DNA from: Mustelus asterias
Lineage: Eukaryota
Assembly (NCBI RefSeq): GCF_964213995.1
Contig: NC_135811.1
Coordinates: forward strand, 35,526,001 to 35,590,000
Direction of reading: 5' to 3'
Length of the DNA: 64,000 bases
Part shown: piece by piece, positions 38,641 through 48,534 of the stretch
How positions within the stretch are numbered: the stretch's first letter is position 1
Layout: each line of letters starts with the position of its first letter
Made by a program: the position numbers and the translations under genes
Notes under the pieces: model-generated
Database searches by the model: none
What the model was told of the DNA's origin: nothing
Seen by the model: only the letters and a program-made list of their open reading frames with translations

Positions 38641-38679
38641 CCACTAGCTTTCAGAACAGGCTGTCCCTTCGTCAGGTAG
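38641..38679 (-). ncRNA. Minimal type I hammerhead ribozyme (antisense arm)
   Basis: CTAC-CTGACGA-A-GGGAC-AGCCT-GTTCT-GAAA-GCTA-GTGG on the minus strand. Confidence 0.7.
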
Positions 38680-38945
38680 GTGGGAGTTCTGATCACAAAC
38701 AGGGCACATGACCATCTCCCATAAACCTACTGACAGGACTTTTAACCTCTTGGACCAAAGCATGCTGGTATTGACTTTTGAACAGGTGCCAGGACCTGAA
38801 TGGGTACTTGCAAGCCTTGAACAGATTGGGCAGTGGCACACTGTGGCCTGTAGTGCGCAAAGGTAACACAGAGGTAAATCTGTAGGCACTGGAGCACTTG
38901 AAGAGAGTAACCATCATGTGCCCTGTTTGTGATCAGAACTCCCAC

Positions 38946-38984
38946 CAACCTGACGAAGGGACAGCCTGTTCCGAAAGCTAGTGG
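38946..38984 (+). ncRNA. Minimal type I hammerhead ribozyme, variant stem II
   Basis: CAAC-CTGACGA-A-GGGAC-AGCCT-GTTCC-GAAA-GCTA-GTGG; one mismatch in stem I. Confidence 0.75.
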
Positions 38985-40849
38985 CTTTTGCTACCAAATA
39001 AACCTGTTGGACTTTAACCTGGTGTTGTGAGACTTCTTACTGTGTTTACCCCAGTCCAACACTGGCATCTCCACATCAAGACAGACATGACATGCAAGCC
39101 AAAAGTGGGTGTGAAGCACCAATCATCTAGTAGGATGTCCTCAGGAGAAGTGTTTGTGATATTGTTTACTAAAACAAACCGTTTGACTCAGGTCTGCACT
39201 GTATACGCTTAGCATCCAAGAATCATTTTGACCCGATAATCGCTGTCGAAAGCCCTACTTCAGAAGCCATTTTGTGAATTCTAAAGACCCCTTTTCCCAG
39301 TGATGGTAAAAGCCTACAGTTTCCTGGCTCTGATCTGTGCCCTTTTCCAAAAGTAAGAAACACAGAAGCTAACTTCCAGTCTAAGGAAATTATGTCTGAC
39401 TCGAAGATATGGACAGGTGTCTTACAGAGCACATGTCCCATCCCGTCCATTGATCACCCTTGGATGGCTATGATACTGGAGCTTTTTCGATTTTGTTAAT
39501 CTATCTAAATAACTATCTATTTTAGTATTAATAATGCTAATTATTTCTGACTACCCCAATCTGGAGCATAAGTATCAAGTAGTGCAGGATTTTGGATCCA
39601 AGGCTGGGACTCTGCTTTTCTGGATTTTGACACCACATAGGATGTTGAACAAGCTGATCAATTAGTGGCCAGGCACCCAATTAAGGATGAAGCAGGCAGA
39701 ATCATCTGACTCTTCTGCCTGCCTAAGAGCCCCTGGCCTACATTTACTATGTGAGCAGCTGCTCTTTATTGCTACTTATCTCCATATCATAAAGCTCAGC
39801 CCCCATCTTCAACCTTGTCCTCCCTTGCTTCCAGAAGCAAGATCACAGCCACTTGGATCCTTGCTATGCACCCTGTAGGGTTACTCTCTTCAAGTGTTCC
39901 AGTGCCTACAGATTTACCTCTGTGTTACCTTTGCACACTACAGACTACAGTGTGCCACAACCCAAGCTGTTCAAGGCTTGCAAGTACCCATTCAGGTCCT
40001 GGCACCTGTTCAAAAGTCAATACCAGCATGCATTGGTCCAAGAGGTTAAAAGTCCTGTCAGTAGGTTTATGGGAGATGGTCATTTGGCAGCTTCACAATC
40101 TGAGAATCAGTTTGAATCTGCCCGACAGTATCTTCTAGTGACCTTATCGTATCCTTAATGCTCTTGACTTCTGAAGTTACTTAACAATCAATGTTACTAT
40201 TACGGCTACTGTTACACATTATCTTCTTTCTGAGATATCTCTCGGCTAATTTTATGGCTGTTTTTGTATTCCTTAATTGCAATGCAATATCCTCATGCGA
40301 ATTAAGTGCCTTAAGGATGTAGAATGCCTTCTGTCCTGGGAAAAAGTAACTTAGTAACTTGTATCAGAATGATGGGGATAAAACAGGTGATGTGAAAAGC
40401 GACAAAACCTCGGATGAAGAAAATTCTTAGACATTGATAGGATGAAGAAATTGCAGAGGTAAAAGGGTAGACAAAATCACAGAGAGACTTTTAATAGGAA
40501 AGGAGGTGACTCTTGAATGCGTAGAAGCAAGAAGATGGTGAGCACAGTATAAAAGAAGCTAGACTAGAACTTTGGAAGTATCGAGTCGTCAGGATAAATG
40601 GAGGCTGGTGTCTCTTTTTGTGTTCATTTCAACTGCAAAATTGTGAAAGAGCCAGAACAAGTAATACTCGTACCACTGCCAAATAAAAATTACTGTGAAA
40701 TGTTATTATGCCGTGACAAATTAGCTGGGGGTGACAAATTTTACTGTCTTCTCCATCCATACTGTGCAGCAGTGAGACTGCAGAAGAGCTAGCTGTCCTG
40801 ATTAGCGAAGGAGCTTCATAAAATTTTATGTTGTTATTTTTTTTTCCAG

Positions 40850-40991
40850 AACAAGATGTTCATTTACAGAGGAAAGGAGTACGAGCGACGTGAAGACTTT
40901 GAAGCAAGGCTATTCACTATATTTCCTAATGCAGAAAAAATGAAGACAACATCTCCTCCAAATGATGACATAAAAAATTCTTCTGGACAGT
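40850..40991 (+). CDS. DOCK1: DOCK1 coding exon E: [47 protein letters not shown](Y)
   Basis: poly-T ccAG acceptor; 142 bp (47 codons + 1 nt); ends at T|GTATCCTT; overlaps ORF 40856..41080. Confidence 0.96.
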
Positions 40992-42417
40992 GTATCCTTA
41001 GAATGTGCTGCAATGTGTATCTTTGGGCAGGGAAGGGTTGCTTTCCTGAGCAAAATAATTTAATAGAAATGCACAAATGAAGAAAATATGAGTGTGCATG
41101 CCAGTTGTGATTTTGGAAAATTTTTGCTAGCCTTATTTCATGTATTGGATCCAAAGCACTTCTTGTACATATTTATTTCATACGGTGAAATTATTATCGC
41201 TAGTACAACAACCAGTAATAAATTGTTGCCAACAGTATTTCACTCTAATTTGTGCGAAATTCAAAATGCGCTTTATAGCCATAGTCCAAATTTAAAAGGA
41301 CAAACTCGATAATTGTTCAGCTGGGTGGTTATTGAAGTTAAATTTTCATGTTAAGTGTGTGTTACTGAAGTCCTCATGACAACACTAGGCATTATGTTCA
41401 CGTGGCATTGCCACAAACATCAGAATATAACCACGTATTTAATGCCTTGCATTTTCTTCTAATTATAAAACTCCTTAAATTTGCTGAAATGAAAATTGTC
41501 AGGAAGGATTTTGAGGTAGATTGCCAAAAAGTAGCTTTGTTTAAAACCAAACTTTGTTTATTTCAATTTTCTTTGATATATGTCTTCAAATTTGGTTAGC
41601 ATAGCTCCTAATTAGTGGTTTTCCACCTGTAGTGTTTATAGTCTAGTAGGAGCTTTGGCAAAATGATATAATATTGTGGTCACAGTCTAATTGCCTGTAC
41701 ATAGAGAAAGATTGAAGAAATATTTATTCCTAAACAGTGTTCCATAAAGGTACCATTTTTTCCTTATGTAAATCAAGTACTTGATACATTTAGTGCAATG
41801 CACATTGACAATAATACAGGTGAACCTCTTTTTTTGACATCTTGTGAGGAATCAGCATCTATATTTGCCTGAGATTTGGGATTTAGGATTTTATTGCTAT
41901 TCTTACAGTATATAAAACGTACAATTTTTACCAATGTAAGTACCTATTTGCTGTTTAATATCATCCTTAGTTTTCAATACTGCAAATGAAATCTTCATAT
42001 ATTTTAATAAAGTAGCTGTAATGAAAAGGACAAAAACTGGATTTTCAAGAAGAATTGGATGATTGCTTTAGAATTACAAAATTTTGAAGTGAAACAGCAA
42101 CTAGCACTTGCATAAAGCTTTTAACATACAAATAAGTTATCCCAAGATGCTTCATGGAGTTGTCATCAACCAAAATGGATGGTGGGCCAAATATGGTGAG
42201 ATATTAGGAGAGGTCAGATGTAGGTCATAAGGAGGAGTGGGCGGTCAGTGAGTTTAAGGCGATAATTCCAAACAATGGCCAGATGTGTGTAATTATGGCT
42301 GCTCATGGTGGGTTGGATAAAGTTCGAGGGTGCTTAATGTGATTCAGCTATATCTGATGGTTAAACTTAGTGGTAATTGAGATACACTGAAGTAAATTCT
42401 TTAACAAACACCTGTAG
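40992..42417 (+). other. U12-type (minor spliceosome) GT-AG intron of DOCK1
   Basis: 5' splice site GTATCCTT (U12 consensus RTATCCTT); branch site TTCTTTAAC at 42397-42405 (consensus TTCCTTAAC) 12 nt before the 3' end; no polypyrimidine tract; the split codon T|AC gives the expected Tyr. Confidence 0.92.
42095..42320 (-). mobile_element. L2-type LINE 3' end inside the U12 intron
   Basis: caactagcacttgcataaagctttta...tcccaagatgcttca...gagatattaggagaggt...aattcca; complementary to the 33850-34198 type. Confidence 0.6.
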
Positions 42418-42499
42418 ACATTCAGTGTTTCACAGTACAAACCATACGTGAACTCCCACCAAAGTTGAAGAACAAGACTGTCTCGGAACAAATATTGAG
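42418..42499 (+). CDS. DOCK1: DOCK1 coding exon F: (Y)IQCFTVQTIRELPPKLKNKTVSEQIL(S)
   Basis: ctgtAG acceptor, AG|GTAATA donor, 82 bp (2+26 codons+2); YIQCFTV motif. Confidence 0.94.
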
Positions 42500-43667
42500 G
42501 TAATATCTTCTACCTACCTTGCTTTATTTATACATATATCAAGATTCATATGGACAAGAAAAGCCCTTTGTCCCATCATAATTCATCAAACGTAAACAGC
42601 CCTTTAAATCCCCTTGCTGCCACTATATTGTTCGTTAAATGCTTTCATAGTTCTTTACTCACCATCCTCCCAAAAAGTTCATTTGTGGTGTTTATCAATT
42701 TCTGTATGAAGAATTTTGTAATATTATTCCTTAAGTTACCTTTTATTCTGAACCTGTATCCTTTATCATAATATCATGATTTAATTTGATGCAGTATTTT
42801 AGATTGACCTTTTCCATATCATTTACCATCTTGCATACGCTGCCTATATGAGATCATTTTTGAGATGCATTCTCTTCAGGATGAAAAGTCTGCTTTTCTG
42901 TATTTATATTTACAATATTTCATATTTTATCAAAATTCAGACATCTTCCACTTGGGATCAACCTTGTTTGTGGCTCTTCTCAGCACTGTCTCCAGTATTT
43001 GAAATCTCCATTTGTTTCTTGGCAACTGGATCTAGGCAAAGTACTCGAGCTGCAATCTGAGCAGAGCAATGCATTGTTTGATTACGACATCTTCTGACTT
43101 GTATTCTGCTGTTAAAAAAAAAGTGGAAAAAAAAACTGCAGGATATTTGGAACTAAAGCAGAGATTTCTGGAAACCGTGAGAAGGTTAGCCGTGATCTGT
43201 GGAGAGAATAAATTAATTAACTGGTTTTAAAACAAGGAATCCACACCCAAGGGGTTAATTTATCTGTTCTATCCACCGGTATTGCCTAATTGCTGAGGAT
43301 TTCCAGCATTTTCTGTTGTTGTATTTTCTACTATTTTTTAGCTTTGTAGTTGCTGCTATATTAAATGTTGAGTCCAATAGGGTGCACAGCATTACATTAA
43401 GTATGCGTGTTGCTTTTCATATCCTTCTTACCTGCTATATTTCACACTTGTCTCCATTCGGTTTCATAATGCCATTGTCACTGCGCTGAGCTAGGAACAC
43501 TGCCCCTTCCCATCTGATCTGACCCACTCTTTCTACCCCCCCCCCTCCTTTTCTCTGGTCTGCCCGCTCCCCCCTCCAACATGTCCCTCCCCTAATCCCT
43601 CTAACCACACAGATTTACCATGGCTAATCTACCTAACCTATACATCTTGGGACTCTAAGGGGCAATT

Positions 43668-45560
43668 TAGGAACATAGGAATTAGGAGCGAGAGTAGGCA
43701 ATTCAGCCCTTCATTCTATATGATCATGGCTGATCTCCATCTCATCCTAACTCCACTTCCCTGCCTTTTCCCCATAGCCCTTTATCCCACTTTTGATCAA
43801 ATATTTATCTATCCCTTTCTTAAATCCATTCACCGTAGTGGGTCGGACCTCAAACACTGACGAGACAGAGTACAGGAATGAGATAGAGAATCTGGTGAAC
43901 TGGTGTGGCAACAATAATCTCTCCCTCAATGTCAACAAAACGAAGGAGATTGTCATTGACTTCAGGAAGCATAAAGGAGAACATGCCCCTGTCTACATCA
44001 ATGGGGACGAAGTAGAAAGGGTCAAGAGCTTCAAGTTTTTAGTTGTCCAGATCACCAACTACCTGTCCTGGTCCCCCCATGCCGACACTATAGTTAAGAA
44101 AGCCCACCAACGCCTCTACTTTCTCAGAAGACTAAGGAAATTTGGCATGTCAGCTATAACTCTCAGCAACTTTTACAGATGCACCGTAGAAAGCATTCTT
44201 TCTGGTTGTATCAAAGCTCTGCCCAAGACCGCAAGAAACTACAAAAGGTCGTGAATGTAGCCCAATCCATCACGCAAACCAGCCTCCCATCCATTGACTC
44301 TGTCTACACTTCCCGCTGCCTCGGCAAAGCAGTCAGCATAATTAAGGAGCCCACACACCCCGGACATTCTCTCTTCCACCTTCTTCCTTCGGGGAAAAGA
44401 TACAAAAGTCTGAGGTCACATAGCAACCGACTCAAGAACAGCTTCCTCCTTGCTGCTGTCAGACTTTTGAATGGACTTACCTTGTATTAAGTTGATCTTT
44501 CTCTACACCCTAGCTATGGCTGTAACACTACATTCTGCACTCTCTCGTTTACTTCTCTATAAACGGTATGTTTTGTCTGTATAGCGTGCAAGAAACAATA
44601 CTTTTCACTGTATGTTAATACATGTGACAAGTCAAATCAAAAATCATTGATTCTGCATCCACGACACTCTGGGATAGTGAGTTCCATTGATTCACAACCC
44701 TCTGAGAAGTAGCTTCTCCTTATCTCTGTCTTGAACCTTCCCCCTCTTACTCTACAACTATGATCTCTTGTCCTAGACTGTTCTAGAAGGGGGAACAATT
44801 GATTAACATTTCTTTATCAAATCCACTGAGCATTTTATATACCTCAATCAAATCCCCCCTTCATTCTTCTGTACTCCAGCGAGTACAAACCCTAGATACT
44901 CAGCTGCCCCTTCAAACCTGGAGTCAATCTAGTGAATCTCTTCTGAACCACCTCCAGTTCCACCACATCATTCCTCAAAGAAGGTGACCAGAACTGAACA
45001 CAGTTCTCCAAGTGTGATCTCACCAATGCTTTATAGAGTTGTAACAACACTTCTCTACTTTTATGCTCTAGATCCTTTGCAATAAATGCCAGCATTCTAT
45101 TTGCCTTCCTTAGAACATTCTACACCTGTATACCCACTTTTATGAGACTCATGCACAAGGACACCCAGATCCCTCTGCACCGACACCTTTAGAATCTGTT
45201 TCCCATTTAAATAGTAATTTGCCTTTTTATTTTTCCGGCCAAAATGGATAATCTCCCATTTATCCACATTAAACTCCATCTGCCAGATTCTGGCCCATTC
45301 CTCCAGCCTGTCAATATCCATTTGTAAACTTTTCATCTCCTCATTTTTGTGTCATCAGCAAATTTCGCTATGTTACACTCTGTCCCTGCTTGTAGATCAT
45401 TGATATAGATTGTAAATAGTTGTGGTCCGAGAACTGAACCTTGGGGGAATCCAAGCCAATACTCTATCCTAACCCCTTGGGATCTAACCTCCTGGATCAG
45501 TCTCTTGTGTGGCACCTTATCAAATGCCTTCTGGAAGTCCAGATAGATCACATCCATAGG
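43668..45560 (-). mobile_element. CR1 LINE (older subfamily) interrupted by Rex1
   Basis: [42 protein letters not shown] and LYKALVRSHLENCVQFWSP in broken frames; (ttccta)n-type tail. Confidence 0.92.
43831..44643 (+). mobile_element. Rex1/Babar-clade LINE 3' fragment
   Basis: TVVGRTSNTDETEYRNEIENLVNWCGNNNLSLNVNKTKEIVIDFRK...KKAHQRLYFLRRLRKFG; (aaatc)n tail. Confidence 0.92.
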
Positions 45561-45927
45561 AGTGACCATGGCCAATCAACCAAACCTGCACATCCTTGGA
45601 CTGTGGGAGGAAACCAGAGTGCCCAGAGGAAACCCATGCAGACACAGGGAGAATGTGCAAACTCCACACAGACAGTGACCCAAGCCCAGAATTAACCCCG
45701 CGTCCATGACTCTGGCACAGTGGTTAGCACTGTTGCGTCACAATGTGCCGCTGAATGGTGCAGTACAGGATACCATTCAGACTAATGAGTTTTAGCTCCT
45801 TTGAAGAAGATTCCTGGTAGTCCCTATTTCCAGCTCTTTTCCCATATCCTCGTAATTTATTTCTGCTTCTAGTATTTATTCTTGTTTTGAAACTACTATT
45901 GAATCTGTTTTACCACCATATCAGGCA

Positions 45928-46146
45928 AGTAAGCTGTAATCCATGAAGGACCATAGACGTCTCTTTCCATTAGGGAGAAACAATTGGATATGTAGCTTTA
46001 GGGGCACCACTCTCCATAAAGCATGGGGCAAGGCAAGGAGGTAGATCTCAAAGAAACTAACACAGCCATGAAAGGGATTAAACCTCTGCTGTTGGCATCA
46101 ATCTGCACCACACTCAAGCCATCAGCCGGCTAAACTAGCCCACATT
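45928..46146 (-). mobile_element. tRNA-derived SINE, third family, within an old CR1 3' relic
   Basis: 11 bp TSD CATATCAGGCA (45917-45927 and 46147-46157); minus-strand head gggctagtttagccggctg...ggtttaatccc. Confidence 0.7.
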
Positions 46147-46388
46147 CATATCAGGCAGTGCATTCCAAATGCTAACCACTCCTTACATAAAAAACTTTTT
46201 TCATGTGACTTTTGGTTTTTTCATCAATCATTTTAATTCTGCCTTCTGCTAACCAGCCTTTCTGTTGGAAACAGTTTCGCTTTATTTACTTGATCTAAAC
46301 GCTTCTTGATTTTAAACGTCTTCCCTGCTCTAAGTAGAAAAATCCCAGATTCTCCAATCTGTGTAACCAATACCTTATCCTTGTAAAC

Positions 46389-46648
46389 TGTTATGACGAC
46401 CATGAAGGCCATGGGGAATCATCAATAGATCAACGCGTGGGCTTCATTAAGTACAAGCTGCCTTGTTGAGCAGAGGCTCCCCAAAGGGAAGCTGTCAGTG
46501 GGGTTTTTAAGCCTGTAACTTTACCTGGACCAGTGCTGTAGGTGCAGAGATGAAGATTACTTGACTAAACTATGGGAGTGGCCTTTTCCTATGGTGCACA
46601 ATAAAGGGTGTCAGTGATGGGAAACTGGCATTTGGCTGAATTACTACA
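46389..46648 (+). mobile_element. Candidate solo LTR (260 bp)
   Basis: TGTTATG...ACTACA termini, internal AATAAA, flanks TAAAC / GAAAC (4 of 5 match). Confidence 0.5.
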
Positions 46649-46839
46649 GAAACTTTTCCCTCTGGAGCTGAGTGATATAGTATTAGATACACATTGGGGG
46701 TTATTTTGGCAAAAGGGTGATTGCACCAGTTAGGCACACCTGTTTGAAAATGTGGATTTAGTACACAATTCTTGGTGCAAGTTGCTGATTACCATAATCT
46801 AAATTTGACAGGAAGTACATGTGTCATGTTTCAGCATGG

Positions 46840-46945
46840 CTCAGGAAAGAGGGTGCACAAATCCTCAGATGGGAAACTAGATAGCCTTTTGGAAAGGATC
46901 CAGAGAAGGAGAAATGTACTGTACTGTCACGGGGGAAGGAGTCCG
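46840..46945 (+). pseudogene. Harbinger Myb/SANT-like N-terminal remnant
   Basis: KRVHKSSDGKLDSLLERIQRRRNVLYCHGGR resembles the R.P.FSD..L..LL..V..RR.VL pattern; GGGGTTATTTT terminus-like motif upstream near 46697. Confidence 0.45.
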
Positions 46946-47543
46946 ACTCCCCTTCATCATCCTCATGTACCTTTCTCCTGCAGAAGCTAGCGATGTTCTG
47001 CCTTGCTTCATGTCCACCTCAATGTAGAGGTCATGGCTCTTCCAACATTGTGGAGTGTGTCAGATGTCACTGTCTCTCAGACCATAACCAAATAAGATTA
47101 CAAACAATTTGTGTCTATATCACGGAAGTGATTTGAAACTGCAACGTCATTTCTGGGTTTAGATGATGTTTGGTTTGTGGCATCTTCTATCACCAGCTGC
47201 TTGCTGTCAGTGCCTTATAGATTGCTGCTGTATAGTTCTTTGCAGCTATACGTTGTATGCCTGAGCAGATTTGTTCATGAATAAAATCCACAGCAAGGAA
47301 TAAGTTATGTTTTAAAGTTTGTATTCCAGCATGTTTCAATGTCAGAGGGTTATGAATATTAAATATCTCTAAGAAAATTCAGTTGTATTCAGTCAACTGT
47401 TATCACTTTTGAACATCATTTCTTTATCATAGGAATGGTCTGAGAGCTTTTATCAAAATACTCAGTAGGTTTAGCTTTGGCCAATCCTGTTTTAACTTAT
47501 AATTGTTTTACTGTTACATTTTTTGTGATGTTTTCTTTTACAG

Positions 47544-47628
47544 TTTTTACGCAGTGAATGAGGTGCAGCGGTTCCAGTATTCAAGGCCAATCAGGAAAGG
47601 AGAGAAAGACCCAGACAATGAATTTGCT
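47544..47628 (+). CDS. DOCK1: DOCK1 coding exon G: (S)FYAVNEVQRFQYSRPIRKGEKDPDNEFA
   Basis: ttttcttttacAG acceptor, GCT|GTAATA donor, 85 bp (1+28 codons). Confidence 0.96.
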
Positions 47629-47992
47629 GTAATATATTATATTTGTATTCCATGTTTGTCGCAATTATAAATTTTATTTTTCAGTAAGTTCTTATTTGGT
47701 AGAGGTAGGCATAAATTGAATAGGCTTATAAAAATCACTTCTATTAATAATTTGCTATTTGGCAATCTAAAGCATTGGATTCCTATTTAATATTTGCATT
47801 AATTAAAGGAGAGAGCATTGTAATGGGAGAGGGCTGGAAAATACTTTTGTGGTCTATTTAGTTGGTCCCAAAGATAAAAAAAAATTCTCAGACTCTCAAT
47901 CCTTAAGCAGTCTGTTTAATTATCTTAAAGTACTAATACATCTTAGTCTATTCAACTTTCCTCTTAGATTTAAATTTGTGCTCTCATTTATA

Positions 47993-48127
47993 GGCGGGAA
48001 TCTTACCACTGTTCACACCAGCAGGATTTTTCCATCCCACTGCAATGAAAGGAGATTTGGCTGGCGGCCAAATTCTCTGACCTTGCTGCAGTGGGAGTGT
48101 GACGTGAACGGTGGTAAGATCACGTTC
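47993..48127. mobile_element. MITE (135 bp), PIF/Harbinger-like
   Basis: Inverted ends ATCTTACCACTGTTCAC / GTGAACGGTGGTAAGAT; ATA on both flanks (3 bp TSD). Confidence 0.75.
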
Positions 48128-48227
48128 ATAGAGTTTGTGTTTATATCAACTAATTTTTATAACTTACTTCATCCACACCTTTCAAAACCTTGATACTTCG
48201 ATAAAACTATGTATGCATGATTTAAAC

Positions 48228-48534
48228 CAGTGGTTCCCAAACTTTTTTCACTGGGCCGCACGTTCGGGATAAAAATTTGCCCGCGCCACACCGAACTTTT
48301 TATTGATAAGAAATACATTCAAAAACAAAAAAAACCAACTCCTAGCAGTGCTTGATTCATAACATAGAACACAACTACTTTATAATATGATCATGGGACA
48401 TCCAGAAAGTATAAAACAATGCTTGTTTAAACCATGTTTAAATGTTTCTTTGATTGTCCTTGAATCTTCCCGCCACACTTGCCATCCTCTCTCGCCGCAC
48501 CAGTGTGGCGCGCCGCACCCTTTGGGAGCCACTG
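48228..48534. mobile_element. hAT (Charlie/Buster-type) MITE, 307 bp
   Basis: TIR CAGTGGTTCCCAAA / TTTGGGAGCCACTG (13 of 14 match); perfect 8 bp TSD ATTTAAAC (48220-48227, 48535-48542); subterminal GCCGCAC/GCCACAC repeats. Confidence 0.93.

Larger units (their letters stand above)
38593..39076. mobile_element. Fold-back Penelope derivative with captured genomic DNA in the loop
   Basis: Inverted arms 38593-38711 and 38914-39041, then the PLE tail; TSD CAAGACAGACAT at 38581-38592 and 39077-39088; loop is the reverse complement of 39879-40083. Confidence 0.95.
43587..45745 (-). mobile_element. HE1-like SINE split by nested LINEs (pieces ~43587-43669 and ~45565-45745)
   Basis: ...ctctaaggggcaattt resumes as ccatggccaatcaaccaaacctgcacatc after the CR1. 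Confidence 0.8.

Noticed and set aside
38693-40158. Paired ORFs (…VTLFKCSSAYRFTSVLPL…) as a duplicated small gene
   Set aside because: The identity comes from the 205 bp inverted DNA duplication; several frames are open, with no splice or coding signature.
40992-41080. C-terminal part of ORF 40856..41080 (CILRMCC...) as DOCK1 coding sequence
   Set aside because: Similarity to DOCK1 stops at the GTATCCTT donor; this is intron read-through.
43831-43845. Rex1 5' truncation falling at almost the same consensus position as the CR1 insertion site in the 26.4 kb Rex1
   Set aside because: A single coincidence; no mechanism can be supported from two copies.
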